In this document: positions 1-9,564 of the stretch, in pieces | Numbering within the stretch: the stretch's first letter is position 1 | Layout: each line of letters opens with the position of its first letter | DNA from: an uncultured delta proteobacterium | Lineage (GTDB): Bacteria; Myxococcota; Myxococcia; Myxococcales; Myxococcaceae | Assembly: GCA_963796055.1 (NCBI GenBank) | Contig: CAWCKH010000004.1 | Location: 2,272,001-2,336,000 of the forward strand | Direction of reading: 5' to 3' | DNA: 64,000 bases | Position numbers and translations under genes: made by a program | The notes under the pieces: generated by a model | Told to the model about the DNA's origin: nothing | Database searches by the model: none | The model's input: the letters and a program-made list of their open reading frames with translations, nothing else

Positions 1-1
1 G

Positions 2-1267
2 GGCGCCTCCATCCTGCTCGGGCAGTGGGGCGCGCTGGCGGCGGCGGCCGCGTGCTCGGCGTCCTTCCTGGTGCTCGCCGCGGCGATCTCCACCGGGACT
101 CTTCACCCGCCGGTCGCGGTCACCACGCTCCCGGTGGGGCGGCTGGCCTTTCTCTGCACGAGCAACGTGCTCGCGCAGTTCCTCACCGCGGTGCTCAGCG
201 GCTTCCTTGCCCGGCAGCTGACCACCGCCGGGGGTCGGCTGTCGGCGCGCGAGCGGGACCTGCGCGAGCTGACCCGGCTGCAGCAGCAGATCCTCGCCGC
301 CATGCCCTCGGGGCTGCTCACCTGCGACGTGGAGGGCCGCATCACCTACGTGAACCGGGCGGCGCAGCAGATCCTCGGCCTCGATCCGGGCGGGACCCCG
401 GGTGGCGTGGAGGACCTCATCCCCGGAGTCCGGACGCTCTTCACCGGACGGCCGCGCTCCGAGGTGACGGTGACCACCCCCGCGGGCCGCCGCATCCTCG
501 GCCTCACCGTGTCGGCCCTGGGCCCCCCCCCGGCGCCGCTCCTGGTCGTCTTCCAGGACCTGACCGACCTGCGCCGCGCCGAGCAGGAGCTGCGCCGCTC
601 GGACCGGCTGGCCGAGCTGGGCGCGCTCTCGGCCCAGCTGGCGCACGAGATCCGGAACCCGCTGGCCGCCATGCGTGGCTCGGCCCAGCTGCTCTCACCG
701 GGCGCGGACCCGGACACCGAGCGGCTGGTCGGCATCCTCACCCGCGAGGCGGACCGGCTCGGGGAGCTGGTGACCGACTTCCTGGTCTTCGCCCGCCCGC
801 CGGCCCCGGTGCTGCAGCCCTGCGAGCTCGACGAGCTGGTCCGCCAGACCATCGAGCTGGTCTCCTCGGATCCGCTCGCCTCGGGCGTGACCATCGACGT
901 CGAGCGCGGCGGGCTGCAGGCGGAGGTGGACCCGGACCAGGTGCGACAGGTGCTGCTCAACCTGCTCCGGAACGCTCTGGCCGCGGCGGGCAGGGGCGGA
1001 CGGGTCCGGACGTTCTTCAGCCGGGTGGACGGGCAGGTGCGGATCCATGTCTGGGACTCGGGGGGGAGCATCGCCACCGCCGACCTGCCGCGCATCTTCG
1101 AGCCGTTCTTCTCCAAGCGCGCCGGGGGCACCGGGCTCGGGCTCTCCACGGTGCACTCCATCGTCCGCGCACACGGGGGGGAGATCGAGGTCAGCTCGTC
1201 CCCTGGCGAAGGCACCGAGTTCGTGGTGGGGTTCGCCGCTGCAGCGGGCGAGGTCCGGCGAGCGTGA
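2..1267 (+). CDS. pilS: Sensor histidine kinase PilS (5'-truncated by window edge)
   Basis: TM segments, PAS-like region, H-box LAHEIRNPL, N-box QVLLNLLRNA, FEPFF and GTGLGL; directly upstream of a sigma54 regulator and pilA. Frame is open back to position 2. Confidence 0.9.
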   Translation, partial: GASILLGQWGALAAAAACSASFLVLAAAISTGTLHPPVAVTTLPVGRLAFLCTSNVLAQFLTAVLSGFLARQLTTAGGRLSARERDLRELTRLQQQILAAMPSGLLTCDVEGRITYVNRAAQQILGLDPGGTPGGVEDLIPGVRTLFTGRPRSEVTVTTPAGRRILGLTVSALGPPPAPLLVVFQDLTDLRRAEQELRRSDRLAELGALSAQLAHEIRNPLAAMRGSAQLLSPGADPDTERLVGILTREADRLGELVTDFLVFARPPAPVLQPCELDELVRQTIELVSSDPLASGVTIDVERGGLQAEVDPDQVRQVLLNLLRNALAAAGRGGRVRTFFSRVDGQVRIHVWDSGGSIATADLPRIFEPFFSKRAGGTGLGLSTVHSIVRAHGGEIEVSSSPGEGTEFVVGFAAAAGEVRRA

Positions 1268-2655
1268 AGATCCTGGTGGTGGACGACGAGCCGAGCATGC
1301 GCCAGTACCTCGAGGTGCTGCTGAGCCGCGCCGGCTACGAGGTGGTGACCGCGCCGGGCCTGGCGCAGGCCCGCGAGCTCCTGGGGACGGGCCAGGTGGA
1401 CCTCGTCGTCTCGGACATGCGCCTGGGGAAGGACAGCGGCCTGGAGGTGCTGAAGCACGCCCGGTCGCGGGAGTCGCCGCCCGAGGTCATCCTGATCACC
1501 GCCTACGGCACACCGGCCTCCGCGGTGGAGGCGATGCGGCAGGGCGCGTATGACTACATCTGCAAGCCCTTCGACAACGAGGAGCTCAAGCTCCTGGTGC
1601 AGAAGGCGCTGGAGAAGCGGAACCTCCGGCAGGAGAACCAGCAGCTCTGGCAGTCGCTCTCCGAGCACAGCCTCTCCATGGTGGGCCGGAGCGCGGCGAT
1701 GGAGGGCGTTCGCTCCCTGGTGCGCAAGGTGGCGGCGAGCCGCTCGACCGTGCTCATCGTGGGCGAGAGTGGCACCGGCAAGGAGCTGGTGGCGCGGGCC
1801 ATCCACCTCGCCAGCCCGCGGCCGGGCAGGCCCTTCCTCCCGGTGAACTGCGCCGCGCTGGCCGAGGGGGTGCTCGAGTCGGAGCTGTTCGGGCACGTGA
1901 AGGGAGCCTTCACCGGGGCCAACACCGACCGAGCGGGGCTCCTGGTCTCGGCGGGGGAGGGGACCGTCTTCCTCGACGAGATCGGCGAGATGCTGCCCGC
2001 CACCCAGGTGAAGCTGCTTCGGGTCCTTCAAGAAAGAAAGGTGAAGCCGGTGGGCAGCACCGTCGAGGTGCAGTTCGAGGCCCGGCTGCTCGCGGCGACC
2101 AACAAACGGCTCGACCAGGAGGTGCGCGCCGGCCGCTTCCGCGAGGACCTCTTCTACCGGATGAACGTCATCACCATCGAGCTCCCCGCGCTTCGCGAGC
2201 GGGCGGAGGACATCCCCGAGCTGGCGGAGTTCTTCCTCTCCCGGCTGGCCGAGGACCTCGGGCGCCCCGGCCTGGGCTTCTCGCCCGAGGCGCTCGGGGT
2301 CCTCCGCTCGTACCCGTTTCCCGGGAACGTCCGGCAGCTGCAGAACATCGTCGAGCGCGCGGCGACGCTCGCCGAATCGGACGTCCTCGGACCCGAGACC
2401 CTGCCACCTCCACTCAGGGGTGAGCAGCCCAGCGCGCCTCCGGGCACCGACGCGGTGGAGCTGGGCGAGGCCTTCTCACTCGAGAAGCACCTCGACGAGG
2501 CCGAGCGGCGCTACCTGCTCGCCGCGCTCCGCCGGGCGAACGGGGTGAAGACCCGCGCCGCCGAGCTGCTCGGGCTCACCTTCCGCAGCTTCCGCTACCG
2601 GCTTGCGAAGCACGGGCTGGGGGAAGGTGTGGAGGAGGCCGACCCCTCCAGGTGA
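1264..2655 (+). CDS. pilR: Sigma54-dependent response regulator PilR
   Basis: GTG start overlaps the pilS stop (GTGA); receiver KILVVDDE, GESGTGKE, GAFTGA, FREDLFYR, C-terminal Fis HTH. Confidence 0.93.
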   Translation: MKILVVDDEPSMRQYLEVLLSRAGYEVVTAPGLAQARELLGTGQVDLVVSDMRLGKDSGLEVLKHARSRESPPEVILITAYGTPASAVEAMRQGAYDYICKPFDNEELKLLVQKALEKRNLRQENQQLWQSLSEHSLSMVGRSAAMEGVRSLVRKVAASRSTVLIVGESGTGKELVARAIHLASPRPGRPFLPVNCAALAEGVLESELFGHVKGAFTGANTDRAGLLVSAGEGTVFLDEIGEMLPATQVKLLRVLQERKVKPVGSTVEVQFEARLLAATNKRLDQEVRAGRFREDLFYRMNVITIELPALRERAEDIPELAEFFLSRLAEDLGRPGLGFSPEALGVLRSYPFPGNVRQLQNIVERAATLAESDVLGPETLPPPLRGEQPSAPPGTDAVELGEAFSLEKHLDEAERRYLLAALRRANGVKTRAAELLGLTFRSFRYRLAKHGLGEGVEEADPSR

Positions 2656-2675
2656 CGTGGCTGGGCCAAACCGGC

Positions 2676-2690
2676 TGACGAATTTCGTCA
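2676..2690. promoter_or_regulatory. Palindromic candidate enhancer (UAS) for PilR
   Basis: Perfect inverted repeat TGACGAA-T-TTCGTCA about 65 bp upstream of the sigma54 motif. Confidence 0.5.
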
Positions 2691-2752
2691 CGCCGGGTCA
2701 TGGTCAGGGCGGTGCAGGACGGGGATCCGGGGACTTGCAGCGCCGGAGGGCC

Positions 2753-2768
2753 TGGAACGCTCCGTGCA
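2753..2768 (+). promoter_or_regulatory. Sigma54 (-24/-12) promoter of pilA
   Basis: TGGAACGCTCCGTGCA: GG-N10-GC spacing matches the TGGCACG-N4-TTGC consensus; lies between pilR and pilA. Confidence 0.8.
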
Positions 2769-2840
2769 CATGCCCCCCGCCGAGCTGCCCCTCCCCCCGG
2801 GGCGGCCGCTCATCACCCGAATCAGGAGTCACGTCCACAC

Positions 2841-3514
2841 ATGAAGAAGCTGCAGAAGGGCTTCACGCTCATCGAGCTGATGATCGTGGTTGCCATCATC
2901 GGAATCCTCGCCGCCCTCGCCATCCCCAACTTCATCCGCTTCCAGGCTCGCTCGAAGCAGAGCGAAGTGAAGGCGAACCTCAAGTCACTCTTCACCGCCG
3001 AGCGCTCCTACTACCAGGAGCACGATATGTACTCCGAGTGCATCAAGAAGATCGGTTTCAACCCGGAGCGTGGAAATCGCTACCACTACGTCGTGAACAA
3101 CACGGCGAACAATGAAGCTTGTAACACCCCCGAAGCGCGGGCGACCGCCGCTGGCGTGAACGACCGCCACGGATGGCGCGGTCCTGGCGGATACCTTCAA
3201 GCATGGGACCGGCGCAGGGATCACCGCTGCGAACGGCGCTGTTGCGGTCGCCTACGCTCCCGTCGCGCCCGCTGGGTTCCGGCATCGTCGCCGTCGCGAA
3301 CCTCGTGGGCGTGACTCCGGCCGCTCCGGATCCGGCCGGCTCGTTTGGCGGTGCGGGTCAGGGAGACATCGACAGCGACGTGAACCTGGACCTCTGGTAC
3401 ATCTCCAGCCTGTCGAGCACCACGGCCGGCATCTGCCCGGTGCTGGCCGGCGTCGACCAGAACTCTCCTGGTGGCGAGCCGAAGAACACCTACAACGACG
3501 TGAACTGCCCGTAG
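2841..3514 (+). CDS. pilA: Type IVa major pilin, copy 1 (two apparent +1 frameshifts near 3164 and 3269)
   Basis: Class III signal [30 protein letters not shown]. Removing two extra bases restores [17 protein letters not shown]...[10 protein letters not shown], collinear with the second pilin. Confidence 0.9.
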
Positions 3515-3541
3515 TCCGGGTCAGCCGAGCCGTCTCTACCC

Positions 3542-3574
3542 GCCCCACCGCGGTACGCCCGCGGTGGGGCTTTT
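3542..3574 (+). terminator. Rho-independent terminator after pilA copy 1
   Basis: 12-bp stem GCCCCACCGCGG / CCGCGGTGGGGC, 5-nt loop, followed by TTTT. Confidence 0.85.
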
Positions 3575-3604
3575 CTCGCCACGAAGCGACCCTGCTCCCT
3601 GATC

Positions 3605-4282
3605 ATGTACCGCCGGTCCACCGGGTTCACCCTCGTCGAGCTCATGATCGTGGTCGGCGTGATCGGGATTCTCGCAGCGCTCGCCATCCCCAACTTCATC
3701 CGTTTCCAGGCGCGCTCCAAGCAGGCGGAGCCGAAGGCCAACCTGCGCGCGGCATTCACCGCGGAACGCGCCTACTACTCGGAACACTCCTTCTTCAGCA
3801 GCTGCCTGAACAAGATCGGCTTTTCACCGGAGCGGGGAAACCGCTACCGCTACACCCTGAATACGACCTTGCGCACCGACGAGACCTGCAACACCGCAGA
3901 AGATCGCTCGACGGCCGCCGGAGCGAGCCTCGGGACGGACGGGGACGTCCTCGCAGACACCTTCAAGCACGGGAACGGCGTTGGGATCACCGCCGCCAAC
4001 GCCGCGAAGCCGGCGCCAGCCTACACACCGTCGCCCCCCGCGGGCTCGACCATCGTGTGGCAAAACGATCTGGTCGGCGTGGTCCCGGCGACCGCCGACC
4101 CGGCGGGCTCCTTCGGCGTTGCCGCGCACGGGGACATCGATTCCGGCCCCGATCTGGACCTCTGGTACGTCTCGAGCCTCTCGTCAATCACCACCGGTGT
4201 TTGCCCCGCCCTGGTGGGTATCGATCGGCAAGCTCCTGGTGGAGAGCCGAAGAACACCTACAATGACGTCAACTGCCCATGA
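3605..4282 (+). CDS. pilA: Type IVa pilin, copy 2 (tandem paralogue)
   Basis: [38 protein letters not shown]; same Cys pattern and identical C-terminus [10 protein letters not shown] as copy 1. Confidence 0.88.
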   Translation: MYRRSTGFTLVELMIVVGVIGILAALAIPNFIRFQARSKQAEPKANLRAAFTAERAYYSEHSFFSSCLNKIGFSPERGNRYRYTLNTTLRTDETCNTAEDRSTAAGASLGTDGDVLADTFKHGNGVGITAANAAKPAPAYTPSPPAGSTIVWQNDLVGVVPATADPAGSFGVAAHGDIDSGPDLDLWYVSSLSSITTGVCPALVGIDRQAPGGEPKNTYNDVNCP

Positions 4283-4331
4283 CGCGCTGACCGGTCTAGC
4301 ATCGGCCGATCCCGTGCCTCCCACCCGATCC

Positions 4332-5225
4332 ATGCGACGAACCCTGAGCACGACAGCGGGGCTCCTCGTGATCGCGACGCTGGTGGGGGTCAGCTACCAG
4401 GCCGGCCGGTACGCCGATCTGCGTAGCGACCGAAGCGCCACGGTCGCTGCCCGCGAGCTGATCTACCTGCCGAGCCCCACCACCGCTCGGCTGATGTCGC
4501 TGGGGTTCGAGCAGCTGGTCGCAGACTGGTACTGGGTGCGTGCGCAGCAGTACTTCGTCGAGCCGGCGAACGAGCTGAACCAGTATCGCAACCTGGGCGA
4601 TTTCCTCGACGTGATCGTCGGCATCGATCCCGACTTCGAGTACGTCTACAAGTTCGCCGGCATCGCCATGCCCTACGACACCGGGCGCCTGAGATTCGCG
4701 AACACGGACCGGGCGATCGGCTTCCTCGAGCGGGGAACGAAGCGCTTCCCCAAGAACTGGGAGCTGCGGCTGTACCTTGGCTTCTACCTGCTCAACTTCG
4801 CGGGGGACTCGGCCAGGGCCGCCGAGCAGTACGCCATCGCCGCACCGCTCCCCGGTGCTCCCCGGTACTTGAAGCGCTTTGCTGCCCGCCTCTTCTCGGT
4901 CAGCGGTGAGCTCGAGCGGGCCAAGGCCTTCACCGAACAGATGCTCTCCATCACCGAGGACCCAGAGGAGAGGGTCCGTCTGGAGAACCGGCTGAAGGAC
5001 ATCGAGCTGGAGGGTCGCTTCCGGGAGGTCGAAGCGGCCGCCAAGCGCTTCCGGGACGTCAATGGCCGCTGGCCCTCGGGTCTCGAGGAACTGGCCATCT
5101 TCAACCCCGGTCCAGCCCTCCCCGAGGGAGCACGCCTGGAGAACGGCACCGTCATCGCTCCCACCGTCAGCCGACTGGTGGTTCACGAGCATCCCAAGGA
5201 AGCCCCGATGCGAGCAGCCCAATGA
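4332..5225 (+). CDS. pilG: Myxobacterial PilG-like pilus accessory protein
   Basis: N-terminal TM, SLGFEQLVADWYW motif, TPR-like helices; position between pilA and the ABC ATPase. Start uncertain. Confidence 0.7.
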   Translation: MRRTLSTTAGLLVIATLVGVSYQAGRYADLRSDRSATVAARELIYLPSPTTARLMSLGFEQLVADWYWVRAQQYFVEPANELNQYRNLGDFLDVIVGIDPDFEYVYKFAGIAMPYDTGRLRFANTDRAIGFLERGTKRFPKNWELRLYLGFYLLNFAGDSARAAEQYAIAAPLPGAPRYLKRFAARLFSVSGELERAKAFTEQMLSITEDPEERVRLENRLKDIELEGRFREVEAAAKRFRDVNGRWPSGLEELAIFNPGPALPEGARLENGTVIAPTVSRLVVHEHPKEAPMRAAQ

Positions 5226-6155
5226 GCCACGCCATCGAACTCGACGAACTGCGGAAGGACTTCAGGCTCAGCATGCAGTTGGGCCGCCGACGGGCGCTGG
5301 ACGGACTGTCGCTCTCGGTGCGCCCGGGGGAGATCTACGGCTTCCTTGGTCCCAACGGGGCGGGGAAGACCACCTCGATCAAGATTCTGGTCTCGCTCCT
5401 CCGGCAGGACAGCGGGACCGCCACCATCTTCGGTGCCGAACCGGCCCGGGGAGAGACCCGGCAGCAGATCGGATACCTGCCCGAGTCTCCGACCTTCTAC
5501 GAACACCTGACCGGTCGCGAGTTCCTGGCCTTCTGCGGCCGGCTCTGCGGACTCCGCGGCGCCGAGCTGCGCGAACGCTCCGGACCGGCTGCTCGAGCAG
5601 GTGGGCCTCGCCCATGCGGCTGACCTCCAGATCCGCCGGTACTCGAAGGGAATGAACCAGCGGGTAGGAATCGCCCAGGCCCTGCTTCACGATCCAGAGC
5701 TGGTCATCCTCGACGAGCCGATGAGCGGGCTCGACCCGATCGGGCGCGCCGAGGTCCGGGACCTGATCCTGGACCTCAAGCGCCGCGGGAAGACGGTGTT
5801 CTTCTCCACGCACATCATCCCGGACGTGGAGCTGATCTGCGACCGCGTCGGCCTCATCAACCGTGGACGGATGGTGGCCGAGGGCACCGTCAGCGAGCTG
5901 CTCGACGCGGGGGAGGCCCGGTCCATCGAGGTGGTGGTGGAGAACGTCTCCGGGGCGTTCGAGGGTGGCCTGGCGTCGGAGGTCTCGAGCGTCGGCGCCC
6001 AGAAGCTCTACCTGGTGCCCTCCAACGAGGCGCTGGGGCGATTCGTCTCCGAGGTCCTTCAGCGCCGCGGCAGGCTGGTGTCGGTGAACCCTCGGCGCGA
6101 GGGGCTGGAGAACCTGGTCGTCCGCCTGCTGGAGCAGGACCGCGCCGCTGCTTGA
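5222..6155 (+). CDS. pilH: ABC transporter ATPase PilH (one apparent frameshift near 5580)
   Basis: GPNGAGKTT in the first frame; [18 protein letters not shown] and STH in the +1 frame. Confidence 0.85.
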
Positions 6156-6172
6156 GACCGGGAATCCACGCG

Positions 6173-6936
6173 ATGAACGTCCTCACCGTTGCCGCACAGA
6201 CCTTCACCGAGGCGCGCCGAAACCGCGTCTTCTACTCACTCTTCCTCTTCGCGCTGGTGGTCGTGCTCAGCTCGATCATCTTCACCGAGGTGACCTCCAC
6301 CACGATGGACCGCATGCTGAAGGACACCGGGCCTCGCGGCGATCAACGTCTTTGCCCTCGCCCTCACCGTCTTCACCGGAGTGGGGATCATCAACCGGGA
6401 GATCGACCGGCGGAGCATCTACACGGTGCTCGCCAAACCGGTGAGCCGCACCAGCTACATCCTCGGCAAGTACCTCGGGCTGCTGGGGATCATCCTCGCC
6501 ACCTCGGTGATGATGTTCATCGGACTGCTGCTGGTCATGAAGGGCTACCGGACCGAGATCCGCGCCGGCATCTTCCTCGGCTACCTCGGGAGTGCTGCTC
6601 GAGGTCATGGTCCTCGGGGCCGTGGCGCTGCTCTGCTCCACCTTCACCACCTCGTTCATCTCCGCGTTCATCTGCGCGGCGGTGTGGCTCTCCGGGCACC
6701 TCTCCACCGAGTTCCTGCGGGTGGTGAGAAAGTCCGAAGGGCCGCGCCGGGTGGTGGGCGAGGCGCTGTACTACCTGGTTCCGAACCTCGACCGTTTCAA
6801 CTTCAAGTACCACGCCACGTACGACCTGACGGTGCCCGGTTCCACCCTGCTCGCCGTGGTGCTCTTCGCCCTCGCCTATTCCGCGGCTGCGCTCGTCGCG
6901 GCGGTGATGGTGTTCCAGCGGCGAGACTTCCGCTGA
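6173..6936 (+). CDS. pilI: ABC permease PilI (two apparent frameshifts near 6330 and 6590)
   Basis: TFTEARRNRV, EIDRRSIYTVLAKPVSR..YILGKYLG and VFQRRDFR in three successive frames; multiple TM helices. Confidence 0.82.
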
Positions 6937-6958
6937 GGCGAACGGGGGCCGGCGCGCC

Positions 6959-8395
6959 ATGCCCTTCACCGAGCCGGCGTTCCTTTTCTACTTCCTCCCC
7001 GGCACCCTGGCGGCCTACCACCTCGCGCCGGCGCGCCTGAGGAACCTCGTCCTCACCCTGGCGAGCTTTCTCTTCTACGCGGTGGGAGAGTGGGCGTTCG
7101 TCGGCTGGCTGCTCGGCTCGACCGCGGTGACCTATGCCGTGGCCCGGGGAATCGACGCCTGGCGGGGGCAGCGCCGGGCCGCGCTGCTGCTCGCGCTCGG
7201 GCTGGTTGTCGATCTCGCCCTGCTTGCCTACTTCAAGTACGCAGGCTTCGCGGTGCGGACCCTCGCCAGTCTCGGGCTGACCGGCGCCGCCATCCCCGAG
7301 ATTCTCCTTCCTCTGGGGATCAGCTTCTTCACCTTCCACAAGATCTCCTACAAGGTCGACGTGTGGCGCGGCACGGCGGAGGTCCGGAAGGATCCGCTGG
7401 ACTCTGCTGCTCTACATCCTCTTCTTCCCCCAGCTCATCGCCGGTCCGATCGTCCGCTACCACGACATCGCCGACGAGCTCGTGTCGCCGGCCGGTCGAC
7501 GCTCGAGACGTTCGCTTCCGGGCGTCCGGCGGTTCGCGGTGGGCTTCGCCAAGAAGATGCTGGTGGCGAACACGTGGCCTCGGTCGCCGACCAGGTGTTC
7601 GGCATCGACCCGGCGCAGCTCGGCGCGGCGTCCGCCTGGCTCGGCGCTGGTCTGCTACACCCTGCAGATCTACTTCGACTTCTCCGGCTACTCGGACATG
7701 GCCATCGGCCTGGCCCGGATGTTCGGCTTCCACTTCCTGGAGAACTTCGACTACCCCTACGTCGTCCCGCTCGGTGCAGCGAGTTCTGGCGGCGGTGGCA
7801 CATCTCGCTGTCGCGCTGGTTCCGCGACTACCTCTACCTTCCGCTGGGCGGGAACCGGCTGTCGGCGGCTGCGGACCTACGTCAATCTCGTCGCGTGGTC
7901 TTCCTGCTCTGCGGGCTGTGGCACGGCGCGAGCTGGACCTTCGTCGTCTGGGGCGCTGTTCCACGGGCTGTGGCTCGTCGCCGAACGCGCGGGGTGGGGG
8001 CGGGTGCTGGCGCGGCTGCCTGCCCGCCGTCGCAGCATCTCCAGACGCTGCTCTGGGTGATGCGTGGGCTGGGTGTTCTTCCGCGCCGCCGTCCGTCAGC
8101 CACGCGCTCGGCCTTCCTCCGGGCGCTCGCCGGCGGTTCCAGTCGGCGCGGCTCCGCTCGACGTCGATGTCGCTGGCCACGCCGGCAGTGGTGCTGGCGC
8201 TCACCACGGGCACCATCGGCTCCACCCCGGTGCTGGCCGACCTCGCTCGCCGCTGGCGCTCGGCGACCGGTGACCGCGGCGTGCCGGTCTGGGCGTCTGG
8301 CCAGCGGACTGCGCGATGCGTGGGGCTCCTGCTCGTGCTCGGCGATGCAGGTGGCCTCCGGCTCCTACAATCCGTTCATCTACTTCCGCTTCTGA
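6959..8395 (+). CDS. MBOAT O-acyltransferase, AlgI/PatA-like (multiple apparent frameshifts in 7400-8340)
   Basis: LPLGISFFTF, LYILFFPQLIAGPIVRY, YTLQIYFDFSGYSDMAIG, EFWRRWHISLSRWFRDYLYLPLGGNR, GLWHGA and the C-terminal YNPFIYFRF, distributed over shifting frames. Confidence 0.88.
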   Translation: MPFTEPAFLFYFLPGTLAAYHLAPARLRNLVLTLASFLFYAVGEWAFVGWLLGSTAVTYAVARGIDAWRGQRRAALLLALGLVVDLALLAYFKYAGFAVRTLASLGLTGAAIPEILLPLGISFFTFHKISYKVDVWRGTAEVRKDPLDSAALHPLLPPAHRRSDRPLPRHRRRARVAGRSTLETFASGRPAVRGGLRQEDAGGEHVASVADQVFGIDPAQLGAASAWLGAGLLHPADLLRLLRLLGHGHRPGPDVRLPLPGELRLPLRRPARCSEFWRRWHISLSRWFRDYLYLPLGGNRLSAAADLRQSRRVVFLLCGLWHGASWTFVVWGAVPRAVARRRTRGVGAGAGAAACPPSQHLQTLLWVMRGLGVLPRRRPSATRSAFLRALAGGSSRRGSARRRCRWPRRQWCWRSPRAPSAPPRCWPTSLAAGARRPVTAACRSGRLASGLRDAWGSCSCSAMQVASGSYNPFIYFRF

Positions 8396-9564
8396 TGATG
8401 CCCGCCGTCTCCACAGCGGTCGCTCGACCCGCGAGGGTGGCCCCCCCGGGCACGGCGCTGGTGCTGGTGTTCCTGGCGTTCGTCAGTCTCCCGGGGCTGG
8501 TGGGCCTCGGCGGCCAGAGCGCCCGGGAGCGCGAACGCAACGGCGAGGCCACGGTGCCTCCTCCCTCGCTGTCGCGCGCCGGGGGAGTCGGCGGCTTCCT
8601 GAAGGGGACGGTGGTCTATCTCGACGCCACCTTCGGGCTCCGGCAAACGCTCATCGGCTGGGACGCGCGGCTGAAGCGTGCGCTCGGCCTGAGCGAGAGC
8701 GTCGGCTCGCCAGTCGCCCACGGCCGGGAGGGGTGGCTGTTTTACCGCGTGCATCGCGGCACCCAGGGCACCCGCCCCGAGCTGCCCTTCGAGCCCGAGG
8801 TGCTCGACCGCTGGGTCCACACGTTGAGCTCCCAGCACCGTGCGGTCACCGAGGCCGGGGCGCGCTACCTCTTCGTCGTCGTCCCGGACAAGGAAACCGT
8901 TTACCCCGAGCTCCTCCCCGCGGGGTCGCCGCCAGCGCGGCCGGTGAGCAGACTCGACGCGCTCACCGCGCGGCTCCGGGCTGACGGGGTGGAGGTGGTC
9001 GATCTCCGTCCCGCACTCCGTGAGGCGCGTGGGGCAACCTCTCCGTTCTCTCGCTGGTCGCTGTACCACCGCACCGACACGCACTGGAACGAGCTGGGAG
9101 CCCTGGTCGCGGCGCGTCCGATGCTCGCGCAGCTCTCCACCTGGTTCCCCCGGGTGCGCGTCCCGGCGGACGACGAAGTGGACGTCCAGACGGTCGAGAC
9201 CGCGGGGGGCGATCTGGCGCGCATGGAGGGGCTCCAGGACAGCTCGAGCGAGGTCCAGGTCCGGGCACGGGTGCGTTCGGCCTCCTGCGTGTTCAATCCG
9301 CTCGGTGCGCCGAGGCGTACCGGTCCCGAGGTTCCGCTGGTGAAGGCGCAGATCCTGGAGTGCCGGGGTGCGCCCATCCGCCGGGGGCTCATCCTCCACG
9401 ACTCGATGATGGTCGCCATGCTCCCGGCGCTCGCTCCGGCATTCGAGCGCTCGGTCTGGCGTCTCACTCCGGTCCTCGATCGGGCGCTCCTCGCCGGGGA
9501 GAGGCCGGATCTGGTGATCGTCGAGCTGGTCGAGCGCACCTTGTGGGAGGGTCTGCCGCAGTGA
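8395..9564 (+). CDS. AlgJ/AlgX-like SGNH-type O-acetyltransferase
   Basis: N-terminal TM, GREGWLFY, VVPDKETVYPE, RTDTHWN (D-x-H), GGDLARM, HDSM; start overlaps the MBOAT stop (TGATG). Confidence 0.82.
   Translation: MMPAVSTAVARPARVAPPGTALVLVFLAFVSLPGLVGLGGQSARERERNGEATVPPPSLSRAGGVGGFLKGTVVYLDATFGLRQTLIGWDARLKRALGLSESVGSPVAHGREGWLFYRVHRGTQGTRPELPFEPEVLDRWVHTLSSQHRAVTEAGARYLFVVVPDKETVYPELLPAGSPPARPVSRLDALTARLRADGVEVVDLRPALREARGATSPFSRWSLYHRTDTHWNELGALVAARPMLAQLSTWFPRVRVPADDEVDVQTVETAGGDLARMEGLQDSSSEVQVRARVRSASCVFNPLGAPRRTGPEVPLVKAQILECRGAPIRRGLILHDSMMVAMLPALAPAFERSVWRLTPVLDRALLAGERPDLVIVELVERTLWEGLPQ

Noticed and set aside
25..1263. N-terminal extension of PilR (876-aa ORF)
   Set aside because: It is an off-frame read of pilS; the real start is GTG 1264.
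2660..2720. c-di-GMP-I (GEMM) riboswitch before pilA
   Set aside because: GGCCAAACC and a hairpin are present, but the GNRA loop and downstream GCAAAG/P2 elements are absent, and it lies upstream of the promoter.
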